39,082 nucleotides of DNA from a virus. Its lineage: Duplodnaviria > Caudoviricetes. The notes beneath the pieces were generated by a model that saw nothing but the letters and a program-made list of their open reading frames with translations, ran no database searches and was not told the DNA's origin. Of the stretch, positions 27,440-35,400 are shown piece by piece. Location of the stretch: positions 1-39,082 of the IMG/VR virus record IMGVR_UViG_3300027653_000032; one strand, 5' to 3'. How positions within the stretch are numbered: the first letter of the stretch is position 1; every line of letters starts with the position of its first letter. The position numbers and the translations under genes are program-made.

Positions 27440-28770
27440 AAATCAAACCCTTCCAAGGCTTCCTCGCCCGTTTCTAATTCTTTTATGATTCCGTATTGCG
27501 GTAAATAAAGCACGTTAGACACGTCGCCCTCTCCGCCGTCGCGCCCCTTCATATTTCCGACAATAGCAAGTCCTTGCTTATAATCGGAATCAATGCCGAT
27601 AAGCACCGCCGCATCCTCAAGCAATGCCTTAGTTTTTTTAACGTCCTCTCGTTCGGGCAATCGTAATTCCCTCGTCCCCTCGTCCGATGTCCCCGACTTT
27701 TTGACGTCAGATTGCGTAATAGCTACGGTAACAACGCCAAGCCTGCCCGTCATCAGCCGTAACTTATTTGACGTATTAGCGGCGTCTCCGCCCGTTGTTC
27801 GGCTCGTATTGCGCTCATACTCAAGGTAATAAAACGGGTCAATCACGACAAAATCTATATCGTGTTGTTTAATATCCGCCTCCAACGTTCGTAAGCTTTT
27901 ACGCTCAGCGTCCTCGTCATCTACGGCTCTTACGATAATATTGCCCGCGATATACTTGTCGATATTACGGACAAAATCTCGGAAAGCCTGCTCGAACCCG
28001 TCGCCTAGCTTACCTATTCGTAGGCTATTAGCGTCAAAGCCTGCGTCCATGTCGACGCCCTCATAGGTAATCCGCGTAACGCCTTGGTCGCCGGAAATGC
28101 TCGTATATATCCGCACCATTACCTCGAACCAGCCCATCTCCTCTGCATAAATAAGGACGTTGGCGCCTTGCTGGGCGGCGTAGATGGCGTCCTCTAGCGT
28201 TAGTACGGACTTGCCTCGACCGCTCTCGCCGTACACCGTATATAAATTACCGCTTATATAGTTGCCCACGGCGCTATACTTCGATTTCCAAACTTTAAAA
28301 GACTTGCCGAGCTTGCGTCGCTCGTATTCGTCGAGAAACTTATCAATGTCTTTTTTGACGTCTGTTCCCGTTTTATTACGAACGCTTGTTCTCATTTTAA
28401 TATCGTCGACAAAATTTGTCAACCAGTTATTAAACTCCGTTGCCGGCATTTCGTTAAGCCTGCGCTCAAACTCACCCGAATTATGGACGTCAATAATCGC
28501 CTGCTTTGCGGAGTAGTCTTTTATTTGCCGGGCTAGATATTCGTAAGAGTCGCTAACGTCCGGAATATATTCGTAGCCCTCAATCTCGGCGGCTACCGTC
28601 GCATAGCTCGGCGCTTGTCCGTTATTTTGTTCGGCATATTGCTCGATAAAACGGTATATACGCCGATCATTATCGGTATGCATATCTTGAAAATCGATAT
28701 TGTAGCGAGCTAATGCGCTGGCGTCTCCGCTGTCTATTACCTTGTTTAAAAAGAGCTTAGCGTAATGCAT
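27436..28770 (-). CDS. DnaB-like (SF4) replicative helicase
   Basis: GESGRGKS Walker A, EM, VVIDPFY, ITQ, LLEDA, KGRDG. Confidence 0.9.
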   Translation of the reverse strand: MHYAKLFLNKVIDSGDASALARYNIDFQDMHTDNDRRIYRFIEQYAEQNNGQAPSYATVAAEIEGYEYIPDVSDSYEYLARQIKDYSAKQAIIDVHNSGEFERRLNEMPATEFNNWLTNFVDDIKMRTSVRNKTGTDVKKDIDKFLDEYERRKLGKSFKVWKSKYSAVGNYISGNLYTVYGESGRGKSVLTLEDAIYAAQQGANVLIYAEEMGWFEVMVRIYTSISGDQGVTRITYEGVDMDAGFDANSLRIGKLGDGFEQAFRDFVRNIDKYIAGNIIVRAVDDEDAERKSLRTLEADIKQHDIDFVVIDPFYYLEYERNTSRTTGGDAANTSNKLRLMTGRLGVVTVAITQSDVKKSGTSDEGTRELRLPEREDVKKTKALLEDAAVLIGIDSDYKQGLAIVGNMKGRDGGEGDVSNVLYLPQYGIIKELETGEEALEGFDF

Positions 28771-29182
28771 TATCGTCCACCATCCCGCCTAATTGCCTTT
28801 TAATCTCGCCCATACGCTTGATAATATCGCGGCCCTTGCCGCTATCCTTGCCGTAAACTTGTAGCATTGTCTGGCAGGAACGGAGTTCGTCGAGTAAGTC
28901 GTCAACTATGTCGGCTGTTATAAGGTCATGGTCCGGATGTTTAGATGATTTGCCCGGATTAGCGCTCTCTATTACGGTAATATCCTCTAGCTCGGCGTAA
29001 TAATTGCGCTTATCTCGTAAATCTAGCGCCTCTATCTCGGCAACCTCATACTCCATCTCTAAGTCGATATAATGCGTACGTGTTATCGAGATTATTTCAA
29101 ATCGTCGCTTGCCATATCCGTCGATATGTACGATGTCGCCAACGTTGATATTGTCGTTATTGTCCCCGTTTATTGTCGTCAT
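28757..29182 (-). CDS. hypothetical protein
   Basis: 141 aa, VGDIV.IDGY N-terminus, DDLLDEL C-terminus. Confidence 0.7.
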   Translation of the reverse strand: MTTINGDNNDNINVGDIVHIDGYGKRRFEIISITRTHYIDLEMEYEVAEIEALDLRDKRNYYAELEDITVIESANPGKSSKHPDHDLITADIVDDLLDELRSCQTMLQVYGKDSGKGRDIIKRMGEIKRQLGGMVDDNALR

Positions 29183-29188
29183 GTTATC

Positions 29189-29755
29189 TCATCCCCTCTC
29201 TAAAGCACCGTTTCCGATAATTTCTAAAGCTTGTAAAACATCCTCTCCCGAAACTCCTCCGCTGTATTTGTTTATATCTGTTATAACGATTCCGTTAGCT
29301 ATTCTATTCCGAGCTATTAGCGCTTTTATGACTAAATCTCTTTTAGAAGGATGCTCACATATTACATGTTTTCTTATAAACGCCATATCATCCCCGGCGA
29401 TAGTGGTTATCCCTCTATTATTTGTTTTTCTTGAGTTAAAAATAGGTTTTAGAATTTTAATTATTTCGTACTCTATCTCCGGGTCTCCTTTTACGATAAT
29501 TACCGCATGTACGAAGTCCATGAAAATAGAAGAGTTTGTTCTGTACTCAAAATGACTATTCAATCTGTTAGCGAGATTATTTGTTCGCCCTACATACAAG
29601 GCATCCCCTTTGTCGGTCACCAGAATATAAATCCCCTCAAATTTGCATTTACTTAAATTTAATTCTTGTCTAGGTATTGCCCACGCACCCTGTATTCTTT
29701 TTTCTGTTTTAATTAACTCTATTACCCTATTTCTTATTCTCCTGACGTGTTTCAT
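29189..29755 (-). CDS. free-standing GIY-YIG endonuclease
   Basis: GIY...LYVGRT.NL..RL.SH, E..II....P.FN; AT-rich; TAATG-coupled to dnaC. Confidence 0.8.
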   Translation of the reverse strand: MKHVRRIRNRVIELIKTEKRIQGAWAIPRQELNLSKCKFEGIYILVTDKGDALYVGRTNNLANRLNSHFEYRTNSSIFMDFVHAVIIVKGDPEIEYEIIKILKPIFNSRKTNNRGITTIAGDDMAFIRKHVICEHPSKRDLVIKALIARNRIANGIVITDINKYSGGVSGEDVLQALEIIGNGALERG

Positions 29756-30483
29756 TATCTCATCCCCCTTTTGCTCTCGCCGGAAAAATGTATGACTGCG
29801 CACATATCGCGCATACGATCGTATAGCCTATCGTCAAATACCTGCGCCATATCCTCGATAGGCAGGTTTGACGTAAACACAGTAGGTAGTCCGTTAGTAG
29901 TACGGTGGTTAATTATTGCGTGCAAATACGATCTAAATGCTTCGCTCGCCCCACGGACTCCTATATCGTCTAAAACGGCAAAATCAACGCTTTGTAGCCG
30001 TTTTATGTCCGCGCCAATCCTTTTTATCGCGTCCTCATCGCCCGTCATCGTAGCGATGTTATATTGCGTCTGCCACTCGTTTACGTCGAGGAAGAGGGCG
30101 GGCGTCTGTTGCGGTTGCTTGCCCGCCTTTAAGGCGTTTAGGTAATCATGCGCTATATATTCGGCAAGCAAGGCGCTCGCTGTCGTAGTCTTTCCCGTTC
30201 CCGGCGATTCGCTCCAAAGGTATATTGACTTGGCTCGCTCGCCACCCGCTAAATGACGCTTAAATGTCGAAACATATTTCTCTAGCAAGCGATAAGCCTT
30301 CGCCTGTCCCTCTCGTGCGGACGAGTTGGCAAGCGTTATGCCGCGGTAGTCTGCGGGCAGGCCGGCGTTGCCTAGCCGTCCCGAATTGCCGTCCAAGCCT
30401 TCGAGGGCTATTCGGTGGGCGCATAAATTATCGCAATTGGCGCATTTGTCCTTTCGGTAGTTTTGTAATATACATGCCGACAA
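29755..30483 (-). CDS. DnaC/IstB-like helicase loader ATPase
   Basis: PGTGKTT, VLDDIG, IIN.R....LPT.FTSN, RLYDR. Confidence 0.9.
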   Translation of the reverse strand: MSACILQNYRKDKCANCDNLCAHRIALEGLDGNSGRLGNAGLPADYRGITLANSSAREGQAKAYRLLEKYVSTFKRHLAGGERAKSIYLWSESPGTGKTTTASALLAEYIAHDYLNALKAGKQPQQTPALFLDVNEWQTQYNIATMTGDEDAIKRIGADIKRLQSVDFAVLDDIGVRGASEAFRSYLHAIINHRTTNGLPTVFTSNLPIEDMAQVFDDRLYDRMRDMCAVIHFSGESKRGMR

Positions 30484-30696
30484 TTATTTCTCTCCCTCCA
30501 ATTCATCACTAACTAATTCATATATTTCAGCCTCTCGACAATCATCGTACCTTGTCATTTCTTTTATTTTTTCGAGCAGCTCACGATAGCGTTTGTTTTG
30601 TTCCGCTCTCTGTTCATAGGCTATTTTGTTCTCTTTTGCTATAAATCTAAGTAGTTTGTTTTCTCTTTCTATTTGCTCCAACCGTTCTTTACTCAT
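30484..30696 (-). CDS. small phage protein (NKRYRE family)
   Basis: MSKERLEQI...EQNKRYRELL. Confidence 0.7.
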   Translation of the reverse strand: MSKERLEQIERENKLLRFIAKENKIAYEQRAEQNKRYRELLEKIKEMTRYDDCREAEIYELVSDELEGEK

Positions 30697-30959
30697 TCCG
30701 ATTCCTCCGTGTGTGAATTTTTGTGACTAATAAGTTCGTGGATGCGTCGTCTGTAAGGTGCTGTAATTATGTTTATCAACCATTGTGGGTTGCGAATAAT
30801 CATTTCTTCGAGGATATAAAACCCCTCGCATCTATCACAGTTACTGCACTCCATATGCCCGCTATAATCGCCCATATACACGCTAAACAAATCCTCGCCG
30901 CAATGCGGGCAGTATTTAAAATTAATTACATCACTTTCGTCAAATACATAGTGTCTCAT
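30693..30959 (-). CDS. zinc-ribbon hypothetical protein
   Basis: FKYCPHCG...CSNC. Confidence 0.7.
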   Translation of the reverse strand: MRHYVFDESDVINFKYCPHCGEDLFSVYMGDYSGHMECSNCDRCEGFYILEEMIIRNPQWLINIITAPYRRRIHELISHKNSHTEESE

Positions 30960-30974
30960 TATTACTCTCCCCCC

Positions 30975-31406
30975 TTATAACCATTCACTCAATTTGTCGT
31001 AATCCTCCGTAGACATTTCCGCCTGTTTGCCGCGCTCATCCCACTTTTCTTTCGCCGCCTGCTCCGCCTCTATTCGCTGTAAAATATTGCGTCGGTACGA
31101 GTATAGGAATCCGAAATTAGTGCCAGGGTATTGAGCGGTAGGCTTGTACGACTTAAAGCCCTCGTCGATAAACGCCTTGACCGTCGCCTTATTATGCGTA
31201 CCCTCTTTCGTCCGAGTACCGATAAGCCTGCCAATCATTCCTTGCTCGGTCGCCCACCTGCCTCCGAATGGTACGTACTCGCATCCGAATAGCTCGCGGT
31301 GCTTGTCCCGTAAATATTCCGTGAATGTCGTCGTGTTCCAGTCCTCGATATTTCTCGCCCGCCAGTCGTTTGCTGGCGGTAGTTTTCGCGTAGTCTTTTT
31401 AGTCAT
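30975..31406 (-). CDS. hypothetical replication-module protein
   Basis: ATG 31406 behind AAGGAGG; upstream of dnaC. Confidence 0.7.
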   Translation of the reverse strand: MTKKTTRKLPPANDWRARNIEDWNTTTFTEYLRDKHRELFGCEYVPFGGRWATEQGMIGRLIGTRTKEGTHNKATVKAFIDEGFKSYKPTAQYPGTNFGFLYSYRRNILQRIEAEQAAKEKWDERGKQAEMSTEDYDKLSEWL

Positions 31407-31584
31407 TCGTATCATCCTCCTTAAAAAATTCCGCTGCACAGTCTTCACAAAAATATGATCCGTAATGTGTTACCGGCTTATCGCACTCTACGCATAGCCC
31501 GTCCCTGCTCTTATCATCCGACATATCCCGCACCTCCTTAACAATATTGCCTACCGCTTGTAAAATCGTCTTAATGCCTGCCAT
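31399..31584 (-). CDS. small zinc-binding protein
   Basis: CVEC...FCEDC; alternative ATG 31524 behind AAGGAGG. Confidence 0.6.
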   Translation of the reverse strand: MAGIKTILQAVGNIVKEVRDMSDDKSRDGLCVECDKPVTHYGSYFCEDCAAEFFKEDDTND

Positions 31585-31689
31585 ATATTAGCCCCCTTGT
31601 AAAATGCGTTTAAATGCGTTTTAAAGCGTGTTTTAAGATCGTTCGATAATACGTCTAGTTATCGCCCAAAGCTCGCTTAAATACGTTAT

Positions 31690-31779
31690 TTAGCCCGTTA
31701 TTATGGCTGATGCGTAGGCAAATATTAACGATAGGATAAATAATACAAGCATAACGTAATCCTCCAATTTGTATCGCAT
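31690..31779 (-). CDS. 29-aa single-TM peptide (not in ORF track)
   Basis: AAGGAGG RBS; MRYKLEDYVMLVLFILSLIFAYASAIITG. Confidence 0.55.
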   Translation of the reverse strand: MRYKLEDYVMLVLFILSLIFAYASAIITG

Positions 31780-31961
31780 GTGTATCGCCTCCTTGCCGCG
31801 CGTCCGGCGCGGAAAACTTTTTTATTATTAATTTTTTGAAAGGAAATACTTGCCGACATATACACCTAAGAGATAACTTGTTTATATCCAACTATATCTA
31901 TATACGGAGATAAACATAATGGCCGATTCCGACGAATGCGCAAGCATGAGTCGGTATCTTT

Positions 31962-32067
31962 TCTATGGTATAGTAATCTATGGTAGTCTATGGTATAGGT
32001 ATTATCATTTTGATAACATATAAGCATTATCATTTTGATAACATCTAGCACTTTATCAATTTGATAA
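31962..32067. repeat. iteron cluster, putative replication origin
   Basis: ATTATCATTTTGATAACAT at 32001-19 and 32026-44, variant at 32053-67; TCTATGGTA at 31962, 31977, 31987. Confidence 0.7.
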
Positions 32068-32385
32068 TTTAGACAACGTTTTATAATTTACGGCATACCA
32101 CATTGTCCTATCATAAGATCGTTTATTATAGTTGCCGGTAATAATTAAGTCGGCGTCCTTTAGTCGTTTAAATATCCGAACTATTGTCGGTCTGCTCCAA
32201 AACGGAAATTGTTTTTGCCAGTCGTCATAAGAGTTATAAACCCACTTGCGGCCGTCTATCTCGTTATCACTAATTGTCGATAAAAAGTGTACTTGCTGTA
32301 ATACGATCGCCTCGTTAAGTCCGATTTTAGTGGCTAAAGTCGGCGGCACTAATAAAGGCCTCTCGTTTATAATTAGCTTGCTCAT
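32056..32385 (-). CDS. phage replication initiator, N-terminal winged-helix domain only
   Basis: MSKLII.E.PL...P.LA..IGLNEAIVLQQ.H, W.YNSY..W..QFPFWS..TI.R, D.T.WY..NY. Confidence 0.8.
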   Translation of the reverse strand: MSKLIINERPLLVPPTLATKIGLNEAIVLQQVHFLSTISDNEIDGRKWVYNSYDDWQKQFPFWSRPTIVRIFKRLKDADLIITGNYNKRSYDRTMWYAVNYKTLSKLSN

Positions 32386-32397
32386 AGTCGGGCAATC

Positions 32398-32443
32398 ACC
32401 TCCCTACTACATATCCCCAAAAATGTTATAAAAATTGGGACAT
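32398..32443 (-). promoter_or_regulatory. conserved leader / putative phage-specific promoter
   Basis: ATGTCCCA-N17-GGGGATATGTAgTAGGGAGGT upstream of initiator gene. Confidence 0.6.
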
Positions 32444-32480
32444 AAAAACATAAGTTTAAATTTTCGGAAAATACAATCGA

Positions 32481-32510
32481 TTGCAAAACGACGACATGCT
32501 GATATATAAT
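32481..32510 (+). promoter_or_regulatory. sigmaA promoter
   Basis: TTGCAA(32481-86)-N18-TATAAT(32505-10). Confidence 0.55.
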
Positions 32511-32533
32511 TGGATAAAAAAGGAGATGGTATT

Positions 32534-32860
32534 ATGAGGAAAATCGAAGTTGTTGAGGTGGAGTTACCTAAACTAAGGATAAAAGACGTAGTCAAAACGG
32601 CAGGAGGTCTGATAGGTCTGCTTATGGTAATCGTTGGCGCCATAATGCTGCCCACGATCATTTTAACATTGCCAGGCATTGGCTTATTTTTGACGGGCTT
32701 TTTAGTAATGTATGCGGCCGCGCCGAGCGCCAAGCTGACTTGCACGGCTTGCGGACTTGAGGCCAAGGCTAAGCTGCGGGCCAAAAACGTAAAATGCCCA
32801 AGCTGCGAAACCGTTATACCCCTACGCTGGATCAAGTCAAATAAAAAAGAGGCCGCGTAG
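32534..32860 (+). CDS. membrane protein with C-terminal zinc ribbon
   Basis: AAAGGAG RBS; two TM helices then CTAC...CPSC. Confidence 0.75.
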   Translation: MRKIEVVEVELPKLRIKDVVKTAGGLIGLLMVIVGAIMLPTIILTLPGIGLFLTGFLVMYAAAPSAKLTCTACGLEAKAKLRAKNVKCPSCETVIPLRWIKSNKKEAA

Positions 32861-32880
32861 GCCTCTAATTTTTTTTTTTT
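32843..32880. terminator. bidirectional intrinsic terminator
   Basis: A run + agaggcc-gcgta-ggcctct + T run between convergent genes. Confidence 0.8.
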
Positions 32881-32882
32881 GC

Positions 32883-33878
32883 TTAAAAACGGAAATCTAA
32901 ATTTTTAACGGGACTAAAGCGCTCATGTGCCTTTTTTACCTCGTCGCTAAACAAGTTGACATAACGTCTAACCATATCGAGCGACTTATGCCCGAGTATC
33001 TTTTGCAGCTCGAATATATTGGCGCCATTCTGCACGCTCATTTTAGCGAATGTATGGCGAAAAGTATGCGGACTACATCTTACGTTATCAATACCAGCCA
33101 TGCGTCCATATTTCGCAATTCGACGACGGACGCTATCGCGATTCATTTGCTCGTCATATTGCGTAATAAAAAGCCAATCGACGGGCGAATCGCCTCTTGC
33201 CTGCAAATAATTACGTAAGATTTGACCAACTTGGCGCTGAAAAGGGACAAGCCTCGGCTCGCGGTTTTTGCCGTTCAGCAAGATTTGGCGGTCATTAAAT
33301 CGGATATCATCGACGGTAATCTCGCAAAGCTCTCGTACACGGGCTCCGGTCTCTAATAACGTAGTCATAATCGCAAAGTCGCGATAGCCTATAAACGTCT
33401 TTAGGTCGGGCTGCGAAAGTATGTCGAACAACTGCTCGCGGCTGAACGTTTCGACCGGACGAGCCTCCGCCTTATATATCGTAATATCTTCAAAAGGACT
33501 ACGGCTAATAATTCGCTTCTCTGTCGCCCAATTGAGAAAGGCGCGCAATGCTCGCAGGCCAGCGTTCGTTGTAGCGTGTTTGACGCCGTATTTATCTTGT
33601 CGATACCTAACGTACCCGCTACGGATTAAATCGGCTGTAATCGCCCTTAAATTAGTTTTAAGACGCTGTTCCTCGAAGGATTGTCGGAATTTTCCGAGTT
33701 CTTTACGATAAAATTCGATTGTGCCTGCCGCTCGATTTCGTTCGTATTTAAGCACGTCCAAAAATTCGGCAAGGCATTCGTCAAAGCTATCGTCTCGTCC
33801 GGATATTTCTTCCGTATTGAAATCGACCGTTTGAAATTGTCGGGATTTGCCGCGTCTGATTTGCCTGTTTTTGCGCAT
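32883..33878 (-). CDS. int: tyrosine recombinase / phage integrase
   Basis: TGARVREL, GK, HTFRHTFA, LGH, RRY catalytic residues; N-terminal SAM-like domain; adjacent half-tRNA. Confidence 0.95.
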   Translation of the reverse strand: MRKNRQIRRGKSRQFQTVDFNTEEISGRDDSFDECLAEFLDVLKYERNRAAGTIEFYRKELGKFRQSFEEQRLKTNLRAITADLIRSGYVRYRQDKYGVKHATTNAGLRALRAFLNWATEKRIISRSPFEDITIYKAEARPVETFSREQLFDILSQPDLKTFIGYRDFAIMTTLLETGARVRELCEITVDDIRFNDRQILLNGKNREPRLVPFQRQVGQILRNYLQARGDSPVDWLFITQYDEQMNRDSVRRRIAKYGRMAGIDNVRCSPHTFRHTFAKMSVQNGANIFELQKILGHKSLDMVRRYVNLFSDEVKKAHERFSPVKNLDFRF

Positions 33879-33922
33879 AAAAATAGCCTCCTTTCTGCGA
33901 TGATATTTCGCAAAAAGAAGGC
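33879..33922 (-). terminator. 15-bp hairpin plus U tract overlapping the integrase RBS
   Basis: GCCUUCUUUUUGCGA-aauauca-UCGCAGAAAGGAGGC-UAUUUUU-AUG. Confidence 0.7.
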
Positions 33923-34006
33923 CGATTAATCGTCAGGACTAGACCGCTAAAAATCGTCCGTCCCGTCCGCTGTCTTGAGCGCTATAAACCCGCGCCGTTG
34001 ACGTAA

Positions 34007-34067
34007 CGGAGAGCGAGGGATTTGAACCCTCGAGACCACGGTAGTGGCCTACGCGAGTTCCAGTCGC
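34007..34067 (-). tRNA. 3' portion of tRNA-Ser(GGA), putative attP core (not a complete tRNA)
   Basis: GCGA-CTGGAAC-TCGC anticodon arm, long variable arm, GAGGG-TTCAAAT-CCCTC T arm, GCTCTCC-G acceptor strand; D arm and 5' acceptor strand absent. Confidence 0.85.
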
Positions 34068-34075
34068 CATAAAAT

Positions 34076-34104
34076 ACTTTATCACGGGAAAAGACGAATG
34101 TCAA
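34076..34104 (-). promoter_or_regulatory. sigmaA promoter reading into att core
   Basis: TTGACA(34104-099)-N17-TAAAGT(34081-76) with extended TG. Confidence 0.7.
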
Positions 34105-34666
34105 GCGCTAAATTCGGGAAATCGAGACGGACGATTTAACGCTGGTCTACAAGATTACGATACAGCCTTGTTTTGCGTCATCGCCCTTATTATAATACGA
34201 CGGTAATTTAAGAAAGTCAATCGAAAAGGATAATTCGTTTATTTAGGCGATATCTGTCGCATATTTCCGTCAACTTTTTCGCTCGATATTCCGAGATGGT
34301 CGCCCATATAAGTTCGGGATTTCCGTTTAATAAATCGAAAATCCGTGCGTACTTTTTTATTTTGCCGGCATTTGTGCGCATGGTTTGACGATAATCTGCC
34401 TCGATAAATATCGGATTTTCCTCCCGCCAAAATACGGCGACAGCGATTAATTCGGTTTTTCCGCGGATTCTAACGGGTGTTTCATTCTGCCAAGACTTCG
34501 GCATATTTAACTTGATGTAGGCGTTATTACGTATGAGCGTATGATTTATCCTATCGCGGCTTAAATTGCCTCTATCGCTCGCTATTTGCTGTCTGCCCGC
34601 ATGATTGACGAAATAGACCTTTGCCTCGCGCCATATACTCGAAATAAAAAGAATTTATTAAATAGC

Positions 34667-34696
34667 TTGACAAGTAATGATAAGTCATGATAAGAT
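34667..34696 (+). promoter_or_regulatory. sigmaA promoter with T(A/C)ATGATA direct repeats in spacer
   Basis: TTGACA-N18-TAAGAT with TG; TAATGATA 34675 and TCATGATA 34685. Confidence 0.75.
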
Positions 34697-34730
34697 ATAT
34701 ATATAGTTAGAAAATAAAGGAGGAAACAAA

Positions 34731-35150
34731 ATGACAATAAGAGAATTTTTTAAGGTTTTAAAAAGGGAAGCAGAGGAATTATTAGAGGAAGGGTACATCG
34801 TAGGAATCCGATTTGAGGAGCTCGAAAGAAAAGCAGGCGACGTAATCACGGAAACAAGCCGACACAATCTCGACCGAGAGGACGAGCGAGACTTTCCCGA
34901 ATATGGCACGGAAGAATATTTCGAACTATTCGAATTTGATGGCGTATCCGCTTATGACGTCGAGAGTTTCGAAAGAGTAGTTACGCCTCCATTCGGAAAA
35001 GAAAATTTTCTCGAGCGAGATGCTCAAAGAGAATTTCTCGCAAGCAAGGCGTACATCATTTACGGGGACGATACCGCAAATGAGGACGATGTTTTAGACG
35101 AGGGCGAGATCGTGATGGTCGAGCCGACGGTTCATAAGCGAATATTTTAA
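34731..35150 (+). CDS. highly acidic hypothetical protein
   Basis: AAAGGAGG RBS; about a quarter of residues are D/E. Confidence 0.8.
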   Translation: MTIREFFKVLKREAEELLEEGYIVGIRFEELERKAGDVITETSRHNLDREDERDFPEYGTEEYFELFEFDGVSAYDVESFERVVTPPFGKENFLERDAQREFLASKAYIIYGDDTANEDDVLDEGEIVMVEPTVHKRIF

Positions 35151-35164
35151 AAGGAGGAAACGAT

Positions 35165-35314
35165 ATGAGCAAAAAAGACGTAGCAATCCAAGTCAAACTA
35201 ACGCGAGAGATGCGCGAGGAGTTCCAACGGGTAGCAGCCGACAATATGCAAAACCCGTCGGTGCTTATCCGATATTGGATCAAGAAATATATAGAAGAAA
35301 ATAAAGAAAAATAA
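35165..35314 (+). CDS. 49-aa ribbon-helix-helix DNA-binding protein (not in ORF track)
   Basis: AAAGGAGG RBS; VAIQVKL beta strand, TREMREEFQRVAADN helix, NPSVLIRYWIKKYIEE helix. Confidence 0.8.
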   Translation: MSKKDVAIQVKLTREMREEFQRVAADNMQNPSVLIRYWIKKYIEENKEK

Positions 35315-35321
35315 AAAAGGC

Positions 35322-35351
35322 TTGACATATCATGATGTATCATGATATACT
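35322..35351 (+). promoter_or_regulatory. sigmaA promoter containing a 22-bp palindromic operator
   Basis: TTGACA-N18-TATACT with TG; ATATCATGAT-gt-ATCATGATAT at 35327-48. Confidence 0.8.
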
Positions 35352-35400
35352 TTTAAGTAGAAGGTCAGAGAGATGGCCAACAAAAAAGGAGGAAGATTAA

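Larger units (their letters stand above)
33940..34149. repeat. imperfect inverted repeat flanking the att core (candidate arm-type sites)
   Basis: AAATCGTCCGTCcCG 33951-65 vs reverse complement at 34123-37 (14/15), extended by TAGACC 33940 / GGTCTA 34149. Confidence 0.6.

Noticed and set aside
31602-31637. AAATGCGTTT tandem repeat and AT-rich stretch as unwinding element
   Set aside because: Only two short copies, over 300 bp from the iterons; too weak to call
31866-32051. 61-aa ORF over the iterons
   Set aside because: No RBS; the peptide is the translation of the repeats, more likely degenerate initiator sequence
832-33929. Many plus-strand ORFs in the track antisense to long minus-strand genes (e.g. 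832-1179, 2834-3208, 17601-17921, 20664-21044, 28262-28516)
   Set aside because: Shadow ORFs: fully overlap well-supported genes, no RBS, no recognisable motifs
34007-34067. Complete phage-encoded tRNA-Ser gene
   Set aside because: 5' acceptor strand and D arm are absent
34217-34640. ORFs 34217-34504 and 34239-34430, and paired TCGTCAA..CATGCG motifs
   Set aside because: No convincing RBS or protein motifs; could be attP-associated or decayed DNA but cannot be resolved by eye
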